Positions 17,245 through 26,761 of a DNA stretch of 64,000 nucleotides are shown here, one piece after another; position 1 is the stretch's first letter, and every line of letters begins with the position of its first letter. Source of the stretch: Flavobacteriaceae bacterium (GTDB lineage Bacteria; Bacteroidota; Bacteroidia; Flavobacteriales; Flavobacteriaceae); assembly GCA_034670265.1 (NCBI GenBank), contig JAXMNU010000006.1:77259-141258 (forward strand), read 5' to 3'. Under the pieces are notes generated by a model. The model ran no database searches, was not told the origin of the DNA, and was given only the letters and a program-made list of their open reading frames with translations. A program made the translations under genes and the position numbers.

Positions 17245-18840
17245 ATGGCAGAAGTAATTACCATGCCCCGTTTGAGTGATACCATGGAAGAAGGTACCGT
17301 GGCCAATTGGCTCAAAAAAGTGGGTGATAAGGTGAACGAAGGAGATATTTTAGCTGAAATTGAAACCGATAAAGCGACTATGGAATTCGAGTCCTTTTAT
17401 GAAGGAACCCTGTTGCATATTGGAATAAATGAAGGTGAAACTGCCAAAGTAGATGCCCTTCTGGCTATTATAGGAAAAGAAGGCGAAGATATTTCAGATT
17501 TATTAAATGGAGAAAAGACAGAAACTTCAGATAAAAAAGAAGAAAAAGAAACTCCTAAAAGTGAAGATGTTTCTCAAGAGGAAGCAAGTTCAGAAATTCC
17601 TGATGGGGTTGAGATAATTACCATGCCTCGACTAAGTGATACTATGGAAGAAGGTACTGTGGCAACTTGGTTAAAGAAAGAAGGTGATACAGTTGAAGAA
17701 GGCGATATTCTTGCCGAAATCGAAACCGATAAGGCTACCATGGAATTCGAATCTTTCTATAGTGGAACGCTACTTAAGATTGGAATAAAAGAAGGGGAAT
17801 CTGCCAAGGTTGATGCGCTTTTGGCTATCATTGGACCAAAAGGTACCGATGTTTCAGGAATTTCCATTTCTGCTGCTCCTTCTGCCAAAAAAGAAGCAGT
17901 TTCAAAACCTGTTGAAGCTCAAAAGGAAACGAAAACAGAAACAAAACCTGTTGCTGTTGAAAAGCCACAACCTACTTCGACCAATTCATCTGGAGGTAGA
18001 ATATTCGTATCACCATTAGCGAAGAAATTAGCCGAAGAGAAAGGAATTCAACTTTCTCAAGTGCAAGGATCTGGTGAAAACGGAAGAATTGTAAAACGCG
18101 ATATTGAAAATTATCAGCCCTCTTCTGGTGGTGCACAAGCGTACATTCCTGTGGGAACTGAAAGTTTTGAGGAAGTTACCAATTCTCAAATGCGTAAAAC
18201 CATTGCCAAACGTTTGGGCGAATCTAAATTTACGGCTCCACATTATTACCTAACAGTAGAGCTGGATATGGATAATGCCATTGCATCAAGGACTGCTATT
18301 AATAGTGATCCAGATGTGAAAATATCGTTTAACGATATGATTGTGAAAGCGTGTGCCATGGCATTACGGAAACACCCAAGGGTGAATAGTCAATGGGCAG
18401 GAGATGTCACTAAAATTGCAAAACACATTCACGTAGGTGTTGCTGTAGCAGTGGATGAAGGATTGGTTGTGCCTGTGCTTAAATTTACAGACCAAATGAC
18501 CTTTTCACAAATTGGTATTGCAGTAAAAGAATTAGCTGGAAAAGCTCGAAATAAAAAGCTCACCCCAGACGAAATGCAGGGTAGTACCTTTACGGTTTCC
18601 AACTTAGGGATGTTTGGTATTAAGGAATTTACTTCAATTATCAATCAGCCTAATTCTGCGATACTTTCTGTAGGTGCTATTGTTCAAAAACCTGTGGTTA
18701 AGAATGGAGCGATTGGTATAGGGAATACCATGACGGTTACCTTAGCTTGTGACCATAGAACGGTAGACGGTGCAACAGGAGCGCAATTCCTGCAAACCTT
18801 ACGAAACTATATTGAGAATCCTGTTACCATGTTTGTATAA
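17245..18840 (+). CDS. pdhC: dihydrolipoamide acetyltransferase (E2) with two lipoyl domains
   Basis: 531 aa. Two lipoyl domains, each with EIETDKATMEFES. Ala/Pro/Lys-rich linkers, subunit-binding domain SPLAKKLAEEKGI, and catalytic DHRTVDG near the C-terminus. Confidence 0.85.
   Translation: MAEVITMPRLSDTMEEGTVANWLKKVGDKVNEGDILAEIETDKATMEFESFYEGTLLHIGINEGETAKVDALLAIIGKEGEDISDLLNGEKTETSDKKEEKETPKSEDVSQEEASSEIPDGVEIITMPRLSDTMEEGTVATWLKKEGDTVEEGDILAEIETDKATMEFESFYSGTLLKIGIKEGESAKVDALLAIIGPKGTDVSGISISAAPSAKKEAVSKPVEAQKETKTETKPVAVEKPQPTSTNSSGGRIFVSPLAKKLAEEKGIQLSQVQGSGENGRIVKRDIENYQPSSGGAQAYIPVGTESFEEVTNSQMRKTIAKRLGESKFTAPHYYLTVELDMDNAIASRTAINSDPDVKISFNDMIVKACAMALRKHPRVNSQWAGDVTKIAKHIHVGVAVAVDEGLVVPVLKFTDQMTFSQIGIAVKELAGKARNKKLTPDEMQGSTFTVSNLGMFGIKEFTSIINQPNSAILSVGAIVQKPVVKNGAIGIGNTMTVTLACDHRTVDGATGAQFLQTLRNYIENPVTMFV
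17257..17475 (+). repeat. lipoyl-domain coding repeat, copy 1 (219 nt)
   Basis: ATTACCATGCCCCGTTTGAGTGATACCATGGAAGAAGGTAC... aligns colinearly and without gaps to 17617-17835. By eye roughly four of five bases are identical. Confidence 0.85.
17617..17835 (+). repeat. lipoyl-domain coding repeat, copy 2 (219 nt)
   Basis: ATTACCATGCCTCGACTAAGTGATACTATGGAAGAAGGTAC... is the partner of 17257-17475. Confidence 0.85.
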
Positions 18841-18883
18841 TAAATTCCTGCGAAAGTAGGAATCTCATATGTAAAGTAATTAT

Positions 18884-18919
18884 AATCCCGTTATTCTCAA
18901 ACCTGAAAATAACGGGATT
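18884..18919 (+). terminator. stem-loop terminator after the E2 gene
   Basis: Perfect 12-bp stem AATCCCGTTATT / AATAACGGGATT with a 12-nt loop, followed by TTGTGTATATTT. A second short hairpin ATTCCT-GCGAAAGT-AGGAAT sits at 18844-18863. Confidence 0.6.
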
Positions 18920-18935
18920 TGTGTATATTTAAGGT

Positions 18936-19619
18936 ATGAATAAGAATATTGTTATTACTGGAACAAGCCGTGGAATTGGATACGAATTAGTTGCACTTTT
19001 TACAAATGCAGGTCACAATGTGTTGGCACTTTCGAGAAACGAGGTACCTATATCTGGATTAAATATTTCCAATTGCCAATGTATGCCTTGCGATATAACT
19101 CATGATGCCGACTTGAAAAAAGTTTCAGATTTTCTGAAAAACGATTGGAAGCGTGTGGATGTGCTTATTAACAACTCAGGTTATTTGGTCAATAAACCAT
19201 TTGCAAAACTAAAGCGTGAAGATTTTCAAGAAGCATACGATGTCAATGTGTTTGGAGCAGCTGCGATGACGCAAACAATTCTTCCGTTTATGAAAAAGGA
19301 TGGACACGTAGTAAATATTAGTAGTATGGGAGGTGTGCAAGGAAGCGCAAAATTTCCGGGATTGGCAGCGTATAGTAGTAGCAAAGGAGCGTTAATTACC
19401 TTAACCGAAGTACTCGCCGAAGAATACAAAGAAACAGGTCCTGCTTTTAACGCTTTAGCGTTAGGCGCAGTACAAACCGAAATGCTCGAAGAAGCTTTTC
19501 CGGGGTATAAAGCACCCTTGTCTGCAAAAGAGATGGGGAAATATATTATGGACTTTGCCCTAAAGGGGAATCAATTTTATAATGGAAAGGTATTACAAGT
19601 TTCCAATTCAACGCCATAA
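18936..19619 (+). CDS. SDR family oxidoreductase
   Basis: 227 aa with Rossmann motif ITGTSRGIG, NNSG, and catalytic YSSSK. Confidence 0.8.
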   Translation: MNKNIVITGTSRGIGYELVALFTNAGHNVLALSRNEVPISGLNISNCQCMPCDITHDADLKKVSDFLKNDWKRVDVLINNSGYLVNKPFAKLKREDFQEAYDVNVFGAAAMTQTILPFMKKDGHVVNISSMGGVQGSAKFPGLAAYSSSKGALITLTEVLAEEYKETGPAFNALALGAVQTEMLEEAFPGYKAPLSAKEMGKYIMDFALKGNQFYNGKVLQVSNSTP

Positions 19620-19620
19620 A

Positions 19621-20004
19621 ATGAATGAATCCATAAAAGATTTTTCTTTAAAGTCACTCCGCCCTTTTATTGGAGCAAAAGAGTATAAAGTATCTAAAGA
19701 ATTCTATTCAGAATTGGGATTTGAAATCATTGAAATTGATTCTAAAATGTGTTTAGTAAAGGCAAACGATACACTATGCTTTTATCTTCAGGATTACTAC
19801 CTAAAAGATTGGATAAATAATTCCATGTTGTTTTTAGAAGTGGAAGAATTAGACACTTTTTTTACTTGGGTGCAAAATAAAGACCTTTCCAAAAAATTTA
19901 AAAATGTCCGTTTCACAGAAATAAAAAATGAAAGCTGGGGTAGAGAGTTTTTTATGCACGATCCTTCGGGAGTTTTATGGCATTTTGGAAATTTCAATTC
20001 ATAA
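19621..20004 (+). CDS. VOC (glyoxalase/bleomycin-resistance-like) family protein
   Basis: About 127 aa from ATG 19621. The track's 19582 start overlaps the SDR gene. Beta-alpha-beta-beta-beta pattern and C-terminal WGREFFMHDPSGVLWHF are typical of VOC-fold proteins. Confidence 0.55.
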   Translation: MNESIKDFSLKSLRPFIGAKEYKVSKEFYSELGFEIIEIDSKMCLVKANDTLCFYLQDYYLKDWINNSMLFLEVEELDTFFTWVQNKDLSKKFKNVRFTEIKNESWGREFFMHDPSGVLWHFGNFNS

Positions 20005-20017
20005 TAAACTGTAACTA

Positions 20018-20614
20018 GTGCAAGAGACACTTTCAAAATATCTTCCTGAAGCGGCAATCCCTTTTGTTTTTGAAATGATTAAAACACACGGGGTGCATTT
20101 AAAAATCGTGAATGAGCGAGTGACACGGCATGGGGATTATAGAAATATGCCAGATGGAACACATCAAATTACTGTAAATGCAAATCTTAATAAGTACAAA
20201 TTTTTAATTACACTTGTTCACGAAATTGCACATTTAGCGGCTTTTACAAAATTTGGAAGATTTATAAAACCCCATGGAAAGGAATGGAAAAGTACCTTTC
20301 AGCAAATGATGCTTCCTTTTATTCGTCCTGAAATATTTCCCAGTAGTTTATTACCTTTAATTGCGCTTCATTTTAAAAATCCTAAAGCAAGTAGTGATAC
20401 CGACGCAAAACTATCTCTTGCCTTGAAGCAATATGACCCTGCCAACGATAAAAACTATATATTTGAAATACCTCATGGAGGTACTTTTAGATTGTATAAC
20501 GGAAAAATATTTAAACGCGGAAATAAAAGAGTGAAACGATACGAATGTCTGGAAGTAGCAACTGGAAGATTGTATCTTTTTAATCCAAATGCCGAAGTAG
20601 AATACATAAAATAA
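20018..20614 (+). CDS. SprT-like zinc metalloprotease domain protein
   Basis: 198 aa with HEIAHLAAF (HExxH) followed by KPHGKEWK, as in SprT-family proteins. GTG start. Confidence 0.6.
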   Translation: MQETLSKYLPEAAIPFVFEMIKTHGVHLKIVNERVTRHGDYRNMPDGTHQITVNANLNKYKFLITLVHEIAHLAAFTKFGRFIKPHGKEWKSTFQQMMLPFIRPEIFPSSLLPLIALHFKNPKASSDTDAKLSLALKQYDPANDKNYIFEIPHGGTFRLYNGKIFKRGNKRVKRYECLEVATGRLYLFNPNAEVEYIK

Positions 20615-20615
20615 T

Positions 20616-21695
20616 ATGAGCAGCAACTATTACGCAGTTATTATGGCAGGGGGCATTGGCTCTCGGTTTTGGCCAGTAAGTACAACTGAGTTTCCTAAAC
20701 AATTTCACGATTTGTTAGGGACCGGGCAAAGCTTGCTTCAAAAAACGTTTAATAGGTTACAAAAAATTGTGCCTTCAGAGAATATTCAGGTTTTAACAAA
20801 TGAGCGTTATTTACAACTATGTTTGGAACAATTACCAGAAATTAATGAAAAGCAAGTGGTTTTGGAACCCGCCATGCGAAACACGGCACCGTGTATTTTA
20901 CTTTCAGCATTAAAAATCTATAAAAAAAATCCCGAAGCACTTATGCTTGTGGCACCAAGCGATCACTGGATTGAAGATGAAACGGCTTTTAAAGAGGATG
21001 TAGAAATGTGTTTTAAGGTGTGTGCGGAAAAAGACATCTTAATGACTTTGGGAATTAAGCCTACATTTCCTAATACAGGATATGGTTATATTGAAAGTGA
21101 TAAAGCAAGTGCCGAATCCATAAAATCAGTAAAGCAATTCCGTGAAAAGCCTGATTATGAAACAGCTAAGCAATTTATTACTGAAGGAAATTTTTTATGG
21201 AATGCAGGCATTTTCTTATGGAGTGTAAAGAGTATATTAAAGGCATTTCAGGAGTATATGCCCTCAATGTATGCACTTTTTTCTGAAGGGATGGACGTAT
21301 TGAATACTTCGGCAGAAAATGGATTTGTAAATGTAAATTATGCCAATGCCGAAAATATTTCGATTGATTATGGCATTATGGAAAAAGCAGATAACGTATT
21401 TGTAAAAAAAGCAAGTTTTGATTGGAATGATTTAGGTACTTGGGGTGCCTTGCATGATAAATTGGATAAAGATTCTAACAATAATGCAACTGTAAGAGCC
21501 ACAATGCATCTTAATAATGCAGGAGATAATATGATATTTACTACTTCAGAAAAGCTAGTGGTGGTTGATGGATTATCAGATTTTATAATAGTTGACAAAG
21601 AAAACGTACTCTTAATTTATCCTAAAGAAAAGGAGCAAAATATTAAGAGTTTATTAATGGAAATATCGCATACATTTGGCAAAAAATTTACCTAG
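20616..21695 (+). CDS. mannose-1-phosphate guanylyltransferase (nucleotidyltransferase only, no PMI domain)
   Basis: 359 aa. N-terminal VIMAGGIGSRFWPVS sugar-nucleotidyltransferase motif. Length and organisation match ManC-type enzymes. Confidence 0.75.
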   Translation: MSSNYYAVIMAGGIGSRFWPVSTTEFPKQFHDLLGTGQSLLQKTFNRLQKIVPSENIQVLTNERYLQLCLEQLPEINEKQVVLEPAMRNTAPCILLSALKIYKKNPEALMLVAPSDHWIEDETAFKEDVEMCFKVCAEKDILMTLGIKPTFPNTGYGYIESDKASAESIKSVKQFREKPDYETAKQFITEGNFLWNAGIFLWSVKSILKAFQEYMPSMYALFSEGMDVLNTSAENGFVNVNYANAENISIDYGIMEKADNVFVKKASFDWNDLGTWGALHDKLDKDSNNNATVRATMHLNNAGDNMIFTTSEKLVVVDGLSDFIIVDKENVLLIYPKEKEQNIKSLLMEISHTFGKKFT

Positions 21696-23147
21696 ATGGA
21701 AAATACACAGAACAGCGAGCAAGAGATAGAAAATAGTGAAAAAACCATTCAGCAAGATGCTAAAGGTTTATTGAGTCGGTTAAAAAAGTTTTTACTTGAC
21801 CTACTTGATTTTCGTGGTGATACAGATAGGGAAAACACTATTGACGCTATTATTAAAGATATTCCTTTTAAAGGGGCAACGGCATGGATTCTTATCTGTT
21901 CTATTTTTGTGGCTTCAGTTGGATTAAATGCAAATTCTACGGCGGTTGTTATTGGAGCGATGCTTATTTCTCCTTTAATGGGGCCTATTTTAGGTATTGG
22001 GCTTTCCATTGCAATTAACGATATCGATACGCTTAAAAAATCCCTTATCAACTTTGGGGTGATGATTGTTTTGAGTGTTTTTACGGCATTTTTGTTTTTT
22101 TGGATGTTTCCACTTCGTGAAGAGTCTTCAGAATTATTAGCACGTACACAGCCCGATATTCGCGATGTTCTTATAGCCTTTTTTGGCGGTTTGGCACTTA
22201 TTATTGCTAGAACAAAAAAGGGAACCATTGCGAGTGTAATTTTTGGTGTTGCTATTGCAACGGCACTTATGCCACCTTTATGTACGGTAGGGTATGGTTT
22301 AGCTGAAGCGGCTATAGGTAATTCCAAAGGGTTAGGATTTGCAGGAGGTGCGTTTTACTTGTTTATTATCAATACTATTTTTATTGCATTAGCAACATTC
22401 ATTACCTTGAAAGTGTTGAGGTTTCCAATGTTGAAATATGCTAACTCCATGAGAAGAAAGCGCATTGCACGGTTTGCTTCGATTGTTGCATTAATTGTAA
22501 TGATTTTCCCAGCTTGGACGTTTTACCAAGTTTTAAAAGAAACTAGTTTCAGAAATGATGCAAGCAAATTTATCGAAAATGAATTGAGTGCATTACCAAA
22601 TGCCTCGTACATAAAAAAGTATGCAACCTATAATTATAATCCAGAAGATAAATCTACTATAGAAATTACTTCATTTGGAAATCAACAAATAGAGGAAACT
22701 ACTATGGACGTTTTAAGAAGTAGATTGAAAGATTATTCTGCCTTAAATAATACAGATTTGCTTCTTAATCAGGATGCTGGTGAAAATGATCTTGAAAATG
22801 AAATGCGTTATTTGGCCGAACTTCGCTCCAGAGACTCTATTGATATTACTTCGAAAGCGCAAAAAATTGAATTTTTAGAAAAAGAAGTAGCAAAATTGAG
22901 CAAGCTTGAAAAAGAGCAGATTCCGTTTCAAAATATTTGTGACGAGGCTAAAATTAATTATGATAATTTGAAAAGTTTGAGCTATTCCTCAACCTTATTT
23001 TCAAATTTTGAAAAGATAGATACCCTAAGAACTTTTCAAGCAGAATGGAAAGAATCTGCCAATAAAGCAACTATTGAAAGTGAGAAAAAGAAACTTTATA
23101 ATTGGTTAAAATACAAGCTAAGTTTAGATACTTTGGTGGTAAAGTAG
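21696..23147 (+). CDS. DUF389 (TIGR00341-type) membrane protein with long C-terminal soluble extension
   Basis: 483 aa. The hallmark VIGAMLISPLMGPILGIGLSIAINDID lies within 6-7 TM segments. About 200 C-terminal residues are hydrophilic with heptad-like stretches (LENEMRYLAELRSRD...IEFLEKEVAKLSKLEKEQ). Confidence 0.65.
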   Translation: MENTQNSEQEIENSEKTIQQDAKGLLSRLKKFLLDLLDFRGDTDRENTIDAIIKDIPFKGATAWILICSIFVASVGLNANSTAVVIGAMLISPLMGPILGIGLSIAINDIDTLKKSLINFGVMIVLSVFTAFLFFWMFPLREESSELLARTQPDIRDVLIAFFGGLALIIARTKKGTIASVIFGVAIATALMPPLCTVGYGLAEAAIGNSKGLGFAGGAFYLFIINTIFIALATFITLKVLRFPMLKYANSMRRKRIARFASIVALIVMIFPAWTFYQVLKETSFRNDASKFIENELSALPNASYIKKYATYNYNPEDKSTIEITSFGNQQIEETTMDVLRSRLKDYSALNNTDLLLNQDAGENDLENEMRYLAELRSRDSIDITSKAQKIEFLEKEVAKLSKLEKEQIPFQNICDEAKINYDNLKSLSYSSTLFSNFEKIDTLRTFQAEWKESANKATIESEKKKLYNWLKYKLSLDTLVVK

Positions 23148-23148
23148 G

Positions 23149-23913
23149 CTAGTTTTCTAAATTCTGAATATCCCTTATTTTTTTGAATAAGTCTGAGGAG
23201 TACACAAAATCGGTAACATCTTTGTTATCGGTTTTAAATATTTGTGTGTTATCACCTTGCCAAGCTAGGGTGCCTTTTTGAAGGAAAATAATTTTTTCTC
23301 CAATTTCCATCACACTATTCATATCGTGCGTATTGACTACTGTTGTTATGTCATATTCTCTTGTAATTTCCTGAATTAAATTATCAATTAGGATAGCAGT
23401 TTTTGGGTCTAATCCAGAGTTGGGTTCATCGCAAAATAAAAACCTAGGATAGTTAACTATAGCACGTGCTATGGCAACCCTTTTTTGCATTCCACCAGAA
23501 ATCTCTGAAGGATATTTTTTATTTGCATTTACTAAATTTACTCTATCTAACACTTCGTTAACGCGATGAAGCATTTCTTCTTTTTTCTTTTTAGTAAACA
23601 TGCGTAAAGGGAACATAACGTTTTCTTCTACCGTCATAGAATCGAAAAGTGCTCCTCCCTGAAAAACCATTCCCATATGTTCTCGTAATTCTTTTTTTTC
23701 ATCATCATCCATATTATGGATAGCTTTGTCACCATAATATATTTCTCCTTCTTCGGCTTCAAAAAGGCCTAAAAGACATTTTAGAAAGACCGTTTTTCCA
23801 CTACCACTCTGACCAATAATAAGGTTTGTTTTACCTTTTTCGAAAGAGGTGCTAATACCCTTTAAAATATGCTCTTCACCAAAACTTTTATGTAAATTTT
23901 CTACTCGAATCAT
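23149..23913 (-). CDS. ABC transporter ATP-binding protein (MlaF-like)
   Basis: 254 aa. Walker A GQSGSGKT, signature ISGGMQKR, Walker B FLFCDEPNSGLD. Overlaps the upstream permease gene by 1 nt. Confidence 0.85.
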   Translation of the reverse strand: MIRVENLHKSFGEEHILKGISTSFEKGKTNLIIGQSGSGKTVFLKCLLGLFEAEEGEIYYGDKAIHNMDDDEKKELREHMGMVFQGGALFDSMTVEENVMFPLRMFTKKKKEEMLHRVNEVLDRVNLVNANKKYPSEISGGMQKRVAIARAIVNYPRFLFCDEPNSGLDPKTAILIDNLIQEITREYDITTVVNTHDMNSVMEIGEKIIFLQKGTLAWQGDNTQIFKTDNKDVTDFVYSSDLFKKIRDIQNLEN

Positions 23914-24650
23914 TAGCTAAGAAGTAAAGAAGTGATTATATAATTGGTTAAAATAATAAGCACACTCGTCCAAACAAACGAATTGGTACTTGCCTTCCCA
24001 ACTTCCAGAGCGCCACCTTTCATAAAAAATCCTTGCCAGGAAGGTATGGTTGCTAATATAAATGCAAAGGCAAATGTTTTTATAAATGCATAGACAATGT
24101 GGAAAGAAATAAAATCTTCTTGCAACCCTCTTATAAAGGCATCAGAAGTACTAAATCCACCATACACACCTGCTACCCAACCACCTAGTATTCCTAAAAA
24201 CATAGAAATGGCAATAACAAAAGGATATAATAAGAGGGCAATAATTTTAGGAAATACTAAATAGTTTAATGGATTAATTCCCATAACTTCAAGTGCGTCA
24301 ATTTGTTCCGTCACTCGCATAGAGCCAATACTGGAAGTAATAAAAGATCCCATTTTACCAGCCATAATGATGGACATAAAAGTAGGGGCAAACTCTAAGA
24401 TAATGGATTGTCTTGTGGCAAAACCTACCAAATAATCTGGAATAAGGGGATTGCTAATATTTAATGCTGTTTGTATGGCAACAACACCACCTACAAAGAA
24501 AGAGATGAAAATTACAATACCTAAAGAATCAATAACTAGTTCATCAATCTCTTTTAAAATAAGCTCTCTAAGTACAGATCCCTTTGTAGGACGACTAAAT
24601 ACCTGCTTTAGCATGATAAAATAAGAACCAATATCGGCAAGGTATTTCAT
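23913..24650 (-). CDS. ABC transporter permease (MlaE family)
   Basis: 245 aa with 5-6 TM segments. The sequence style (EQIDALEVMGINP) is typical of MlaE/Ttg2B permeases. Paired with the ATPase. Confidence 0.75.
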   Translation of the reverse strand: MKYLADIGSYFIMLKQVFSRPTKGSVLRELILKEIDELVIDSLGIVIFISFFVGGVVAIQTALNISNPLIPDYLVGFATRQSIILEFAPTFMSIIMAGKMGSFITSSIGSMRVTEQIDALEVMGINPLNYLVFPKIIALLLYPFVIAISMFLGILGGWVAGVYGGFSTSDAFIRGLQEDFISFHIVYAFIKTFAFAFILATIPSWQGFFMKGGALEVGKASTNSFVWTSVLIILTNYIITSLLLS

Positions 24651-24734
24651 GTAATTTGCTTAGTTAATTTTTCCTACGGAACAATGAATAGCTAAAGTAA
24701 AAAATTTAGTGGAGTGTTTTGAAAGAACGAAGCG

Positions 24735-25814
24735 TTATTCTGAAAGTAACGCCATTATTTTGTGAAATATCTCGGTATTTTCATAAATACCTCCAAAATT
24801 TTCGGCACCGGGACCAAAAGCAAAAACAGGCACCATGGTGGCGGAATGATTTTTAGTAGAAAAAGTAGGTACAATAGTATTGTAGTCACCATCCTTGGCA
24901 GCAAGAGTAAAACCTCCTGTTTCATGATCTGCAGTGACAATGACTAAGGTTTCTCCATCTTTTTCAGCAAAATCCAGAATGGCTCCAATGGTATTGTCTA
25001 AGTCAATTAATTCGGTAATTAAATAGTCTGCATCGTTGTCATGACCTCCCCAATCTACTTGAGAGCCTTCCACCATGAGTAAAAATCCGTTATCATTAGA
25101 CAATCTTTTTAGTGCTAATTCAGACGCTTCTTGAAGAAAATTACCGCGCCCTTCCAACATGGTTGGCATACTTTCTGGGGCAAGTAAAAACCCTAGCTTT
25201 TCTGCATTTTCAAAATCCCTTAAAGTTTCTGTTTCAATAGTAAACCCCTGCTCTTCAAAAGTTTTAAGAAGGTTAAGCCCATCATTTCTACCATTAAAAT
25301 ATTTGAGACCAGCACCTGCAAAAAAATCGACATCAGATGTAGGTAAAAAGCTTGCAATTTCTTCGTGATTATTTCTATTATCTACGTGGGCATAAAAGCA
25401 AGCTGGTGTCGCATGTGTTATGGTTGAGGTCACCACAATGCCTGTTTTCCATCCTTTTTCTGAAACAATTTCTATAAGTGTTGGGACAGGAATTGAGTCT
25501 GGCGTAACCCCAATGGCTCCGTTATATGTCTTTTTTCCAGTCGCAAAAGCGGTTGCTGCCGCTGCAGAATCGGTGACTAAATCGCTAGAGGCTGATGTTT
25601 TAATAAGTCCGACTACTGGAAATCTATCGTAATTTGAAGGACCCTCTTTAAAGAATTGCGCAGCCGATACCTGACTTAATCCTGTGCCATCACCTTCAAT
25701 TAGAATGATATTTTTTAGCTTTTTAGATTGATTGGGTGTTTGAGAATTTCCCTTAATAGGTACTAAAGAAAATAGTAAAGAGAGTATGAGAAAATAAAGG
25801 GCTGTAGTTTTCAT
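24735..25814 (-). CDS. alkaline phosphatase (PhoA family), secreted
   Basis: Start taken at the internal ATG (MKTTALYFLILSLLFS signal). Motifs DGTGLSQ, active-site VTDSAAAATAFATG, WGGHDND, TADHETGG. Confidence 0.8.
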   Translation of the reverse strand: MKTTALYFLILSLLFSLVPIKGNSQTPNQSKKLKNIILIEGDGTGLSQVSAAQFFKEGPSNYDRFPVVGLIKTSASSDLVTDSAAAATAFATGKKTYNGAIGVTPDSIPVPTLIEIVSEKGWKTGIVVTSTITHATPACFYAHVDNRNNHEEIASFLPTSDVDFFAGAGLKYFNGRNDGLNLLKTFEEQGFTIETETLRDFENAEKLGFLLAPESMPTMLEGRGNFLQEASELALKRLSNDNGFLLMVEGSQVDWGGHDNDADYLITELIDLDNTIGAILDFAEKDGETLVIVTADHETGGFTLAAKDGDYNTIVPTFSTKNHSATMVPVFAFGPGAENFGGIYENTEIFHKIMALLSE

Positions 25815-25870
25815 AAATAGGTTTAAAATGCGAAAATAAACATTATCAATTTTCAAACCGAAGGAAGTTT

Positions 25871-26710
25871 TTAAAATAACTTTTTCTTAATATTTCTCCA
25901 GCGTAAATTTCTAATAAATATTCCCTCTTCCTTTGTAACTATAAATTCATTTTTAGCCTTTAAAAACCCTTTAATAGTATTATAAAAGAAGGTGAAGCTA
26001 CGCTTTTTAAGAGCGAGTTTTGCAGAGGCTATAAGTGTAAGTAAAAAACCATAGCGCATTTTTTTAAAGGCTTCTCCCTGTTTGTATTTTGAAGATTTAG
26101 TGTAAGTTGCCCCTGTGGGTTTTAAGTGTTTTACGTGTAAAGATGGGTCTGTTTTAACTTCCCAGCCGTGGTATTGGGCTAAAAGCTCATCCACGGTGTC
26201 CCAGCCCATGGATTCTTTTAGACCGCCAATGTCTTGGAAGCATTGTTTTCTATATAATTTGATGGGTCCACGAACTTTGGTTTTCTCAGCAATATTTTCA
26301 TAAATCCATTTTTCATTTTTTTTTATATATAAATTGCCTCCAGAAATACCCACATTTTTATGTTCATAAAAAATATCTGAAATTCTTTTAAAGTAATCTT
26401 TTGGGAGGATAATATCACCATCAAATTTTCCAATTATGTCGAAATTATCTTTTAGTTGAATATATCCTAAATTAAAAGCCTTTACAACTTTACTTCCAGG
26501 CTGGTGGGAAGGAGTTGATGTGTTGTAAATTGAAGTTATAAAAGGGTATTTTGAAGTAAACAAATCAATTATTTGCTGTGTGTTGTCAGTAGAATTATCA
26601 TTTACAATTATAATTTTATTTGGTAAAAGGCTTTGTTCAACTATGGAAGTTAATACTTCATTTAAGTATTGAGACTCATTGTATACTGGAATTATTAGAC
26701 TAATCTTCAT
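25871..26710 (-). CDS. glycosyltransferase family 2
   Basis: 279 aa. IIPVYNES...VNDNSTDNT and the FDGD motif of GT-A fold GT2 enzymes. Confidence 0.75.
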   Translation of the reverse strand: MKISLIIPVYNESQYLNEVLTSIVEQSLLPNKIIIVNDNSTDNTQQIIDLFTSKYPFITSIYNTSTPSHQPGSKVVKAFNLGYIQLKDNFDIIGKFDGDIILPKDYFKRISDIFYEHKNVGISGGNLYIKKNEKWIYENIAEKTKVRGPIKLYRKQCFQDIGGLKESMGWDTVDELLAQYHGWEVKTDPSLHVKHLKPTGATYTKSSKYKQGEAFKKMRYGFLLTLIASAKLALKKRSFTFFYNTIKGFLKAKNEFIVTKEEGIFIRNLRWRNIKKKLF

Positions 26711-26761
26711 ATTTATAAAAATATTATTTAAATTTAGTTATTATTAAAGAAACCATACTTT

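Noticed and set aside
21749-22327. 192-aa ORF on the minus strand inside the DUF389 gene
   Set aside because: It lies fully antisense to a gene with a clear family hallmark (ISPLMGPILGIGL). The product is low-complexity (Ala/Ile/Ser/Pro rich) with no start context. This is a typical shadow ORF opposite a membrane-protein gene.
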